Below are positions 18,823-28,104 of a DNA stretch of 64,000 nt, piece by piece. The stretch lies in assembly GCA_036264835.1 (NCBI GenBank), contig DATAQE010000142.1:312-64311 (forward strand), given 5' to 3'. A program made the translations under genes and the position numbers. How positions within the stretch are numbered: position 1 is the stretch's first letter; every line of letters begins with the position of its first letter. The notes beneath the pieces are model-generated. The model was given only the letters and a program-made list of their open reading frames with translations, was not told the origin of the DNA and did no database searches. Source of the stretch: Candidatus Elarobacter sp. (lineage in GTDB: Bacteria; Vulcanimicrobiota; Vulcanimicrobiia; Vulcanimicrobiales; Vulcanimicrobiaceae).

Positions 18823-20058
18823 TTATGCGTCGAGCGCGTCGACCGCAAGCGCCGCGCGCACGGTGAGCTGGTCGTGCGGCGAGTCGAGGTCGAGCCGCCC
18901 GATCTCGCCGATCTGCCGCAAGCGGTAGAAGACGGTGTGGCGGTGCACGTTGAGCCGTCCGGCGGCTTCCTTGATGTTCTGTCCCACGTCGAAGAAGAGC
19001 TTCAATGTCCTCACGAGCTCGGTCTGGTGCTTCTCGTCGTACGCGCGCAGCGGCGCGAGGACGCGCGTCGCGAACGCGCGCCAGTCCTCGCGCGTCGCGC
19101 CGGTGCGGTGCAGCAGCGGGTAGACGCCCAGGTCGTCGTACGGGATCACGCGGCCGCCGCCGAACATCCGCCGCGCGATGATCATCGCCTCGCGCGACTC
19201 GTCGACGCTCTGCGCGACGTCGATCATCTCGGCGTGCCGCCCGACGCCGCCGACGATCTTCACGTCGAGCCCCGCGCGCTGCACGCCGCGCGGGATCAGC
19301 GTCGCCGCCGTGCGCGCGTTCGCCGCGTCCACCTCGAGCGGCGCCGGAACAAGGAAGAAGAAGCCGCCCCCGCGCTCGACCACGACCACGTCGCCGGTCC
19401 GCGTGCCGAGCGTATCCAGGCACACCCGCCGGATCTCGGCGTTCTTCTGCGCGGCGACCGTCTCGTCGAGCCCGTCGCCCTCGACCGCCACCGAGACGTA
19501 GCCCGGCGCGAGCGCGATCCCGCGCGCCTGGGCGTCTTCCTTCGCCTCGAGCGGGTCCTCGTACGCGCGCGCCAGCAGCCGGTCCCAGAAGCCGCGGCGC
19601 CGCCCGCGCCCGCCGCCCGCATCGCGCGAGAGCTCGACCGCGACCTGCGCCGCGGTCAGCCGGATCACCCCGCTGCGCTCCTCGTGCATCCGGGTCCCGG
19701 TCGGGAAGACCGCCAGCCAGCCCAAGCGCGCCTCGCCCGCCCGCACCGGGTACGCCCGCGCCCGCGCGTCGGCCGGCGGCGCGAGCGCGACCGGCTCTTC
19801 CCCGTCGGCGTCTTTCGGGAGCAGGTCCCGGACCGACGGCGGGATCGCGCGCTCACCGGTCCCCGCCACGGCGAGGTGCCGCCACTGCCCGTCCTCGATC
19901 AATACGGCGGCGTCGATCGCCGCGGCGAGGTGCGCGGCCAGCGCCTGCGCGCCCCCGCCGCTCGCCGCGACGCGCGCCAGCGACTCCGCGTACGCGAGGA
20001 GCGCTTCGGAACGATCCCGGCGCAGCGGCCGGGCGGGGATCACGCTGTCGTCCTGCAC
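18823..20058 (-). CDS. PucR/CdaR family transcriptional regulator
   Basis: C-terminal LVRTLKLFF..NIKEAAGRLNVHRHTVFYRLRQI HTH; YDDLGVYPLL. Start estimated at GTG 20058. Confidence 0.88.
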   Translation of the reverse strand: MQDDSVIPARPLRRDRSEALLAYAESLARVAASGGGAQALAAHLAAAIDAAVLIEDGQWRHLAVAGTGERAIPPSVRDLLPKDADGEEPVALAPPADARARAYPVRAGEARLGWLAVFPTGTRMHEERSGVIRLTAAQVAVELSRDAGGGRGRRRGFWDRLLARAYEDPLEAKEDAQARGIALAPGYVSVAVEGDGLDETVAAQKNAEIRRVCLDTLGTRTGDVVVVERGGGFFFLVPAPLEVDAANARTAATLIPRGVQRAGLDVKIVGGVGRHAEMIDVAQSVDESREAMIIARRMFGGGRVIPYDDLGVYPLLHRTGATREDWRAFATRVLAPLRAYDEKHQTELVRTLKLFFDVGQNIKEAAGRLNVHRHTVFYRLRQIGEIGRLDLDSPHDQLTVRAALAVDALDA

Positions 20059-20200
20059 CGGTAGGCCAAAACTTACGGTGCGGAGGTGGCCTTCCTGCGG
20101 CCCGCCGCATGCCCGCCGGGGCACCGCGCAGCGCCGGGTTCGCCAAATGGACAACCGGCCGGGGCCGGACCGTCCCGAAGGTGCAGCGAAGCGGCCGAGC

Positions 20201-20530
20201 GTGAATGTCCTGATCATCCACCTCTACGTCGCCTTCGCCGTGGCCGCGCTCACCGTCTTGGCGGTGTGGCGCCGGCCGGAGCGCCGGATCACGCTCTACG
20301 TCGTCACGCTGCAGATCCTGATCGGCGTCGTGCTGATGGTCCAGGGCCTCCGCGTCCCCTGGTACCACCCGGCGCTCGCGGTGATCGCCTGGGCCGGCTA
20401 CATGGCCGCGAACGCGCTCGCCCGGCGGCAGCCCGGCTCCCGGAACGCGCTGATCGTCGCCGGCGTCTCATCGCTCTTGATCCTGATCGCCTACTACGTC
20501 GGGATGGAGGCCGTGAAGCACCCGGTTTGA
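20201..20530 (+). CDS. Small 4-TM membrane protein
   Basis: GTG start, four hydrophobic segments. Confidence 0.75.
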   Translation: MNVLIIHLYVAFAVAALTVLAVWRRPERRITLYVVTLQILIGVVLMVQGLRVPWYHPALAVIAWAGYMAANALARRQPGSRNALIVAGVSSLLILIAYYVGMEAVKHPV

Positions 20531-20650
20531 CAATCCTTCGTAAACCGGGCACCAGCGTACCGCGCGGACGGTACCTCGTCTGCTAGGATACCGAGGGAGC
20601 AAGGACAGGAGAACCCGGCTAATGGAGCGGCGCGTCGCGTGCAGGATGCA

Positions 20651-22612
20651 ATGACCGCCTCGCGCTTTCAGACGCGAGCCGATGCCGCACATCCGCAAGC
20701 GCGCGGGCTCGACCGGCTGGCCGAAGCGGCGCGCAAGCCGCTCGCCGTGATCGCGGCCCCGGCCGGGAGCGGCAAGAGCGCGCTGCTGCGCGCGTTCGCC
20801 GCGCGTGAGGGCGCGGTCCTTATCGACCTCGCCGCCGGCGACGGCACCTTCCGCGGCGCGGTCCGGATGCTGTGCGACGCGCTGCGCGAGATCGCCCCGG
20901 GCGCGCGGCTCGCCTTCGCGAGCGCCTACGCGCGCGCCGCCGAACGCGGCGACCGCGCCACCTCGCTCGCGCGCTGGTTCGCGCGGTACGTCGACGATGC
21001 CGGCGTGACGATCGCGATCGACGCGCTCGACCGTCTCGGTGCGGAGACGCGCGCGTTCGCCGAGTTCGTGGAAGCGCTCGTGCGCGCCGCGCGCGACGCG
21101 CACGTCGTCATCGCCGCGCGCGACGACGCCGACCTTCCGGTGCCGCGCTGGTTCGCCGGCGAGCTGATCGCGATGCCGCTCGCCGCCGACGACGCGCGCG
21201 ACGCCGCCGGCGTCGCGACGAACGCGAAAACGAGTCCGACCGGCACCGCACCGGACCTCACCGTCGATGCCCTGCTCGAGCTCGGACGGGTTCGCGACGC
21301 TCTCGAGCTCGCGTCCCGCGCAGGTCCGATCGAGCGCGTGCGCGAGGTGCTGCGCGCGCACGGCTTGCAGCTCGAAGACCGCGGCGACGTGGACGTGGTC
21401 GAGGCGGCGCTCGACCTGCTCCCGCCCGACGACGATCCGGTGATCATGCTGCTCCGCGCCGTGCGCGAGGTCCGGCTCGGGCGCAGCGACACCTCGGAGG
21501 CCTGGTTTCGGCAGGCGCTGGCGCGCGCCGAGACACAGGCATTGAAGGCGGAAGCGGCATACCGCCTGGGCCGCGAGATCGTGCGGCGCGAGCGAAGCGA
21601 CGCGGTCGAGCTGCTCGAACCGTTCGCGAACGACGACGCGCTCGACGTCGCGCTGCGCTGCGCCATCTCGGCGGTGTTCGCCGAGGCGCTGCTCGTCGCC
21701 GGCCGCGAGGCCGAGTCGGTCGCCGCGATCGGCGCCGCGCTGCGCTACGCGGACCGGCTCGACGTTCCGGCCCGCGCGCATCTGCTCACCCGCGCGTCGT
21801 ACGTCGAGCTGTACGCGGGCGATCGCACGCGTGCGCGCGAATGCGCGCTCGCCGGCGCCGCGCTGGCCGAACAAGCGCAGCTCTACACCGTCGGTGCCGG
21901 CTCGTACAGCGTGCTCTACAACCTCGCCTACGAGGACGCCGGTCCTTCCGAGTCGCTGGTCTACCTCGAGCGCCTCGCGGAGTGCGCGGTCCGGACGGGG
22001 AACGTCGACTTCCATCTCTACGCGATCGTCGCCGCGTACGAGCTGCACGTCGAGCGCGGCGACGTCGCGGCGATCGAGCGGCTCGAGCACGACCTGCGCG
22101 AGTTCGATCTTCACTACGGCGCCGCGTCCGCGCTGCAAGGGCTGCTCCCCTCGCGCGCGCTGGTCGCCGCGTGGAGCGGCGCCTTCGCCTCCGCCTACGA
22201 CCTGCTCGCGCCGAGCGGGCCGCAACAGCAGAACTACGCCGACCGCGAAGCGTTGCGCTGGGCGGAGATCGCGCTCTACGCGGCCGCGGCGAACATGCGC
22301 GACGTCGCCGCGGCCGGCCTGCGGAGCTTCGCGGAGTCGTTCGCGCGCGACGAGCGCGCGACGCCGCACGCCGTGCGCGGTGCGATCCTGGCCTCGCTCG
22401 CCGCGCATCTCGCCGGCGTGACGCCGGAATGGCGCTGCGAGCATCCGGCCTCCGGCCGCCTCGGCGCGTTGAGCCGCGCCGTCGAGGCCGTCATCGCGCG
22501 GCTGCGCGGCGAGGCCGGCGCACAGCGGCTGCTCGACGCGTTCGACGATTTGCGGCGCCATGAGTTCGGCGGGCTCGCGAAGCTGTTCGCCGCGCTCCCG
22601 GAGGCCGTGTGA
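20651..22612 (+). CDS. MalT-like P-loop/TPR-like helical protein lacking C-terminal HTH
   Basis: LAVIAAPAGSGKS Walker A, degenerate Walker B (IAIDALD), helical Ala/Leu-rich repeats. Confidence 0.7.
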   Translation: MTASRFQTRADAAHPQARGLDRLAEAARKPLAVIAAPAGSGKSALLRAFAAREGAVLIDLAAGDGTFRGAVRMLCDALREIAPGARLAFASAYARAAERGDRATSLARWFARYVDDAGVTIAIDALDRLGAETRAFAEFVEALVRAARDAHVVIAARDDADLPVPRWFAGELIAMPLAADDARDAAGVATNAKTSPTGTAPDLTVDALLELGRVRDALELASRAGPIERVREVLRAHGLQLEDRGDVDVVEAALDLLPPDDDPVIMLLRAVREVRLGRSDTSEAWFRQALARAETQALKAEAAYRLGREIVRRERSDAVELLEPFANDDALDVALRCAISAVFAEALLVAGREAESVAAIGAALRYADRLDVPARAHLLTRASYVELYAGDRTRARECALAGAALAEQAQLYTVGAGSYSVLYNLAYEDAGPSESLVYLERLAECAVRTGNVDFHLYAIVAAYELHVERGDVAAIERLEHDLREFDLHYGAASALQGLLPSRALVAAWSGAFASAYDLLAPSGPQQQNYADREALRWAEIALYAAAANMRDVAAAGLRSFAESFARDERATPHAVRGAILASLAAHLAGVTPEWRCEHPASGRLGALSRAVEAVIARLRGEAGAQRLLDAFDDLRRHEFGGLAKLFAALPEAV

Positions 22613-23556
22613 GCGCGCACCTGCTCGACGAGGGTTTCACCCTGCACGGCGACGGGATCGCGGCGAGCATCGTCGCGCGCCTGCAGCACGGCGGCGATCC
22701 GGTCCCTTCGATGGTGACGCGCGCCGTCGCCGAGAGCTTCGTCGCGCGCGCCGCCGCGCTCCGTTCGGACGCCGACCGCGAGGCGTTGCTCGAGTGGATC
22801 GCCGAGATCTGCGCGACCTACGGCGACGTCGCCGGACTGCGCGCTCTGCTGGAGACGCTCCCCGCGGAGCTCGCGCGCAGCGCCCGTGAGCTCATCGGGC
22901 GCCCGGTGCGCGGTGCCGCCGTCGACGAGCTCGAACGCGACGTTCTCGAAACCGTAGCGCGCGCGTGGCGCCCGCTCGCGCGTCCCCGCGACGAGCGGCT
23001 GGACGAGGTCGACGCGCGGATCGACGCCCTAGTCGTCCGCCTCGAGCACCGCGATCCCCTCAGCTCCGAGCATTCGCGCGCGGTCGCCGGGTGGTGCTCG
23101 CGGCTCGCGCGGCGGCTGGGGCTCGATGCGGCCGAGGTCACCTTCGCGACGCGCTGCGGGCTGCTGCACGACGTCGGGAAGGCGCTGACCCCGCTCGAGA
23201 TTTTGAACGCCCCGCGCGGGCTCACCGACACCGAGTGGAAGATCATGCGCGCCCACGCGGCGGCCGGCGACAAGCTCGTTCGCGGGGTCCCGGAGCTGCG
23301 GCCGTTCGCGCCGGCGGTGCGGAGCCATCACGAGCGGCTCGACGGCCGCGGGTACCCCGACGGTCTCCCGGCGGCGGCGATCCCGCTGACCGCGCGGATC
23401 GTCGCGGTCGCCGACTGCTTCAACGCGATGATCGGGCGGCGGCCGTACCGCGTCCCGATGGCGCCGTCCCGCGCGCTCGAGGAGCTGACGCGCAACCGCG
23501 GCACCCAGTTCGATCCCGAGATCGTCGACGCGATGGTCGAGGTCGTCCAGGGCTGA
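22609..23556 (+). CDS. HD-GYP domain cyclic dinucleotide phosphodiesterase
   Basis: EHSRAV, LLHDVGK, HHERLDGRGYPDGL, VADCFNAM..RPYR, GTQFDP. Confidence 0.93.
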   Translation: MSAHLLDEGFTLHGDGIAASIVARLQHGGDPVPSMVTRAVAESFVARAAALRSDADREALLEWIAEICATYGDVAGLRALLETLPAELARSARELIGRPVRGAAVDELERDVLETVARAWRPLARPRDERLDEVDARIDALVVRLEHRDPLSSEHSRAVAGWCSRLARRLGLDAAEVTFATRCGLLHDVGKALTPLEILNAPRGLTDTEWKIMRAHAAAGDKLVRGVPELRPFAPAVRSHHERLDGRGYPDGLPAAAIPLTARIVAVADCFNAMIGRRPYRVPMAPSRALEELTRNRGTQFDPEIVDAMVEVVQG

Positions 23557-23575
23557 ACCTTTACGGTTCGAACGC

Positions 23576-23589
23576 GGGACCTTTGACCT
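23576..23589 (+). promoter_or_regulatory. Operator-like site GGGAC-N4-GACCT
   Basis: GGGAC CTTT GACCT, 78 nt upstream of the peptidase start. Confidence 0.35.
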
Positions 23590-23666
23590 AGGGCCGGGTA
23601 CAGAGGGTTGGGGCGGCCAGGAAGGCACGAGGGTCCATCGCGGACCCACGACACGGAGGTTCGGAA

Positions 23667-24938
23667 ATGCGGAGATCAGCGTTATCGCTCTTGCTCGTTG
23701 CGGCGTTCGCGCTCGCAGCTTGCGCCCAAAGCGGAGGCGTCTCCGCGATACCGGGCGGCGGTGGGGCTCGCCTGGGCCAGACCCTGCGCGCGATCCCGAT
23801 CGATCCCTCGCCGACGCCGACCCCGTCGTCGGGCGGCCTCCTCGGCGGTCTGATCGGCGGCTTGCTGGGCGGCGTCGTCGGGATCTTGGGCGACCTGACC
23901 TGTGGCCTCACCGGCGGGCTCACCTGCCACGTGCTCGCCGGGAGCGGGACCCAGGGCCAGCCGGCCGGGACGCCCGCGTACCAGCTTTCCGGGCTGCATC
24001 CCGCCGATCTGCAGAGCGCCTACGAGCTCCCGTCGTCCACGGCGGGCGCCGGTCAGACGGTCGCGGTCGTGATCGCGTACGACAACCCGAACCTCGAGGC
24101 CGACCTCGGCGTCTTCCGCAAGACGTTCGGGCTGCCGGCGTGCACCACGAGCAACGGCTGCTTCAAGAAGATCGCGCAGTCCGGCACGACCGCGAACCAA
24201 GGCTGGGGCCAGGAGGCGGCGATCGACGTGCAGATGGTCTCGGCGGTCTGCCCCAACTGCAAGATCCTCGTCTCCGAAGCATCCGCGGCGACCGACGTCG
24301 CGCTGCTCGCCGCCGCGAAGAGCGCGGTCGCCGACGGCGCGACGGTCGTGAGCAACAGCTACAGCATGCCCGAGGACACGAGTGAGAACGATGCGGCGTA
24401 CGACATCGGCGTCCCGTTCGTCTTCGGAGCCGGCGACACCGGAGCGGGTGCGCAATGGCCCTCGGCCTCCTCGCACGTGATCGCGGTCGGCGGCACCACC
24501 CTCACGCGCAGCTCGAACGCCCGCGGCTGGTCGGAGACCGTCTGGTCAGGCTCCGGCGGCGGCTGCAGCAAGTACGTCGCGAAGCCGGCGTGGCAACTCG
24601 ACGCCGGCTGCGCGAACCGCACCGCGAACGACATCGCCGCCTATGCCGATCCGAATCCCGGCGTCGCGGTCTACGACAGCTACCTCAGCAGCAAGCCCGG
24701 CTGGCGCACCTACGGCGGCACCAGCGTCGCGGCGCCGATCGTCGCCGGCTCGATCGCGCTCGCCGGCAACGGCACGAGCGTGCTGACCGACGCGTCGTAC
24801 ATCTACGCGCACTCCGGCTCGCTGAACGCGATCACCTCGGGTCACAACGGCTCGTGCACGACGTATCTCTGCAACGCCGTGAACGGCTACAGCGCACCGG
24901 CCGGCAACGGCTCGCCGCACGGAGTCGGGGCGCTTTAG
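23667..24938 (+). CDS. S53/S8 subtilisin-like peptidase lipoprotein
   Basis: Lipobox LAAC, EAAID, VSNSY, GAGDTG, GGTSVAAP. GGAGG RBS. Confidence 0.88.
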   Translation: MRRSALSLLLVAAFALAACAQSGGVSAIPGGGGARLGQTLRAIPIDPSPTPTPSSGGLLGGLIGGLLGGVVGILGDLTCGLTGGLTCHVLAGSGTQGQPAGTPAYQLSGLHPADLQSAYELPSSTAGAGQTVAVVIAYDNPNLEADLGVFRKTFGLPACTTSNGCFKKIAQSGTTANQGWGQEAAIDVQMVSAVCPNCKILVSEASAATDVALLAAAKSAVADGATVVSNSYSMPEDTSENDAAYDIGVPFVFGAGDTGAGAQWPSASSHVIAVGGTTLTRSSNARGWSETVWSGSGGGCSKYVAKPAWQLDAGCANRTANDIAAYADPNPGVAVYDSYLSSKPGWRTYGGTSVAAPIVAGSIALAGNGTSVLTDASYIYAHSGSLNAITSGHNGSCTTYLCNAVNGYSAPAGNGSPHGVGAL

Positions 24939-24941
24939 CGG

Positions 24942-26207
24942 TCAGCCGCCGGCGGCGAACTGCTGCCAGACGTAGACGAGGGCGAGGCCGCCGATCACGA
25001 CGGCCGTCGCCCAGCCTACGACGTTGCCGAAGCGCGTGTTGACGTAGCGCCCCATCACGCGACCGTTGTTCACGATGCGCAGCATCAGCACCAGCTCGAA
25101 CGGCAGCAGCACCCCCTGCACGACCTGCGCGTAGAAGATCAGCTTCAGCAGCGACTCCTTCGGCACCAGCAGCACCAGGCCGGCGCCGAGCACGATCGCG
25201 CCGGCGAAGAGCGCGTAGAAGACCGGCGCTTCGCGGAAACGCCGGTCGAGCGAGGCTTCGAGCCCGAACGCCTCGCAGACGATGTACGCGGTCGAGAGCG
25301 GGAGCACCGTCGCGGTGAAGATCCCCGCGTTCAGGATTCCGATCGCGAAGAGCGTCGAGGCGAAGTTCCCCGCCAGCGGCTTGAGCGCGAGCGCGAAGTC
25401 CTGCGCCTGCGCGGTGTCGATGTTCAGCGGCGGCTTCCCGGTGTGCAGCGCGGCCTGGTAGATCGTCGCGCCGTTCGCGATGATCATGAATCCTGCCAGC
25501 ACGATCGCGAGCACCGAGCCGACGACGACGTCGGCGCGGATCGCGGGGAGATCGCGCGCGCGCGAGCCCTTGTCGACGACCGCCGACTGCAGGAAGAACT
25601 GCATGTACGGTGAGATCGTCGTCCCGATCAGCCCGACGACCGTCACCAGGAACGCCGGGTTCTTCTCGAAGACCGGGACGAACGTGCCGCGCGCGACCGC
25701 GCCCCAGTCGGGATGTGCGGAGACCGCCGACCACACGTACGCGAGATAGACCAGCGAGAGCACGACGAAGACGCGCTCGACGATCTTGTTCGGCAGCCGC
25801 AGGACGAACAGGAACACGAGCGCCGTCGAGAGCGGCACCGCGATGTAGCGCGACAAGCCGAAGATCTCCGACGCCGCGCCGATCCCCGCGAACTCCGTCG
25901 CGGTGATCCCGGTGTTGACGAAGAAGAGCGCGAGCATCGCCAGGAACGTCGTGCGCAGACCGAAGTTCTCGCGGATCAGTCCCGCCAGCCCCTGGCCGGT
26001 GACCGCGCCCATCCGGCCCGCCATCTCCTGCACGACGATCAGCGAGACGGTCAGCGCGACGAGCGTCCAGAGCGTCGCGTAGCCGAAGCGCGCGCCGGCC
26101 GCGGAGTACGTCGCGATCCCGCCGACGTCGTTCCCGGCGGACGCCGTGACGAAGCCCGGCCCGAGCACGGCGAAGAAGGCGATCAGCACTCGCCAGTTGC
26201 GTCGCAC
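24942..26207 (-). CDS. NRAMP-related (NRMT-type) divalent metal/Mg2+ transporter
   Basis: LGPG..AGNDVGGIATYS, QEMAGRMGAVTGQG, GTTISPYM; about 11 TM. Confidence 0.88.
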   Translation of the reverse strand: MRRNWRVLIAFFAVLGPGFVTASAGNDVGGIATYSAAGARFGYATLWTLVALTVSLIVVQEMAGRMGAVTGQGLAGLIRENFGLRTTFLAMLALFFVNTGITATEFAGIGAASEIFGLSRYIAVPLSTALVFLFVLRLPNKIVERVFVVLSLVYLAYVWSAVSAHPDWGAVARGTFVPVFEKNPAFLVTVVGLIGTTISPYMQFFLQSAVVDKGSRARDLPAIRADVVVGSVLAIVLAGFMIIANGATIYQAALHTGKPPLNIDTAQAQDFALALKPLAGNFASTLFAIGILNAGIFTATVLPLSTAYIVCEAFGLEASLDRRFREAPVFYALFAGAIVLGAGLVLLVPKESLLKLIFYAQVVQGVLLPFELVLMLRIVNNGRVMGRYVNTRFGNVVGWATAVVIGGLALVYVWQQFAAGG

Positions 26208-26218
26208 GCGAAGCGCTC

Positions 26219-27526
26219 CTACGTCGCCGCTTCGGCGCGCCGCCGCTGCGCGCGTTTGGTGAAGCGCGGCAGCTGCTTCTTGAGCCGTTCCGGGATGATC
26301 GCGTCGATCGCGTCGTCGACCGTCACGATGCCGAGCATCTTCCCGGACTCGTCGGTGACCGGGACCGCCAGCATGTCGTAGCGCGCGATCGTCGCCGCGA
26401 CGTCTTCCGCGGGCATGTCGGGCCGCACCGAGATCAGATCGGTGTCCATGATGCTGTGGATCGTCGCGTCGGCCGCCGAGAGCAGCAGCGTGCGCAGCGA
26501 GAGGATCCCGAGGAGCTTCTCCGACTGGTCGGTGACGTACAAGTAGTAGATGAACTCCGTCTCGGGTGCGATCTGGCGGATCTTCGCGATCGTCGCCGCG
26601 ACCGTGCGGTGCGGGTAGATCCAGAAGTAGTCGGTCGTCATCAGACCGCCGGCGGTGTCCTCGTCGTACGCGACCAGCTCGCGCAAGTCTTCGGCGGTCT
26701 CCGCGTCCATCTCGCGGAGCAGCTCCTCTTGCCGCTCCTCCGGCAGATCGCCGAGCAAGTCCGCGGCGTCGTCGGAGTCCATCTCCTCGATGATGTCGGC
26801 GGCGCGCTCGGTGCCGAGATCGTCGATGATCGAGCGCTGCACGTCGGCGTCGAGGTGCTCGAGCGCGTCGGCCGCGCGCTCGTCGTCGAGCGAGCCGACG
26901 ACGCGCGCGGCGTCCTGCGCCGAGAGCTCGGCGATCACGTCGGCGAGCTCGGAGGGGTGCAACCGCGAGAGCCGGTTCTCGCTGACCGAGAGCCGGATCT
27001 GCGTCGGGTTCAGGTCGTGCAGCGGCGCGACGTTGTCCCAGGCGATCAGCGAGCGCGGGATCTTCTCGACCAGCCCGGGGACGATGCGGCCCGCGCCGAG
27101 CCGGCGCAGCAGCCCGCCCGCGCCGACGTCGGCGGCCACGACGCGCAGCGCGCCGCCGGTCCGCGCGACCTCGATGTCGTTGATGCGCACGACCTTGCGG
27201 CCGTCGACGTCGACGATCTGCTTGTCGAAGAGGTCCTCGACCAGGTAGAGCGCCTCGTCGTCGGGCGGGCGGACGATCTTCGGCGGCGCGCTCAGCACGA
27301 CGCCCTCCGGGTCGAGCGAGACGACCTCCGCGATCGGCGCCGCGAGCTCGCCGTGCCGCGTCTTCACGATCACCGCGTCGATCCGCGGGAACGTGTCCTC
27401 GGGGTGCTCGACGACGAAGTCGGCGATCTTCCCGACCGTCTCGCGCGCGCCGCCGCGCTCGACGAACGCGGGGCGGCCGATCAGCTCGGAGACGAAACCT
27501 TCGTGGAACGCCGCCGGCGCGGCCAT
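26219..27526 (-). CDS. MgtE intracellular N-domain + CBS pair protein (no membrane domain)
   Basis: DKQIVDVDGRKVVRIND, LHPSELAD, EEMDSDDAAD, YDEDTAGGLMT, GIVTVDDAID. GAAGGGGG RBS before ATG 27526. Confidence 0.88.
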   Translation of the reverse strand: MAAPAAFHEGFVSELIGRPAFVERGGARETVGKIADFVVEHPEDTFPRIDAVIVKTRHGELAAPIAEVVSLDPEGVVLSAPPKIVRPPDDEALYLVEDLFDKQIVDVDGRKVVRINDIEVARTGGALRVVAADVGAGGLLRRLGAGRIVPGLVEKIPRSLIAWDNVAPLHDLNPTQIRLSVSENRLSRLHPSELADVIAELSAQDAARVVGSLDDERAADALEHLDADVQRSIIDDLGTERAADIIEEMDSDDAADLLGDLPEERQEELLREMDAETAEDLRELVAYDEDTAGGLMTTDYFWIYPHRTVAATIAKIRQIAPETEFIYYLYVTDQSEKLLGILSLRTLLLSAADATIHSIMDTDLISVRPDMPAEDVAATIARYDMLAVPVTDESGKMLGIVTVDDAIDAIIPERLKKQLPRFTKRAQRRRAEAAT

Positions 27527-27609
27527 GGTCACCCCCCTTCGGCGTGGCATTCCAAGTGTACGAGGGGCGTCAAGGGAACGCTCCCGGGCGAACGGGAACC
27601 GTTCCGGCC

Positions 27610-28104
27610 ATGCCGATCCGCCTCGCCGCGTGCCTCGCCGCCGCGGCGTTGCTGTGCGCGTGCTCGGGCGGGAGGAGCGCGTCGGAGAGCACCGCCGCAT
27701 CGCCGCCGCCCGCCGTGGGATCCCCGCCTGCCGCCGCATCGTCACCGGCCGCGGCCGGCCCGGCGAACGACCTCGTCTCGCGCATCGGCAAGCCCGGCGC
27801 CGTCCCGCTCGATCCGGCGCAGCGCGCGCAGGTCGCCGCGGTCGCCGCGAAGACGCCGCCCGCGGTCCGCGCGCGGCTGCGCTACGCGCTCGCGAGCGGC
27901 GACGACGGGAAGATCCACCTCGTCGTCTACGACGGCGAAGCGCTCCCCGCCGGCGGCCGCGACCCGCGCAAGCCGCACGAGTACATCGTCTTCCGCGTCC
28001 TCAACTCGGCGCGGGACGAGCACTACGACCCGCAGCAGAACGCGCTGGTCGCCCCGCTCCCGCCGCCGCAGGCCCGCGAGACGACCGCGCCGATCGTGCC
28101 TTAG
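27610..28104 (+). CDS. Hypothetical lipoprotein
   Basis: Lipobox LCAC, Pro/Ala linker. Confidence 0.7.
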   Translation: MPIRLAACLAAAALLCACSGGRSASESTAASPPPAVGSPPAAASSPAAAGPANDLVSRIGKPGAVPLDPAQRAQVAAVAAKTPPAVRARLRYALASGDDGKIHLVVYDGEALPAGGRDPRKPHEYIVFRVLNSARDEHYDPQQNALVAPLPPPQARETTAPIVP

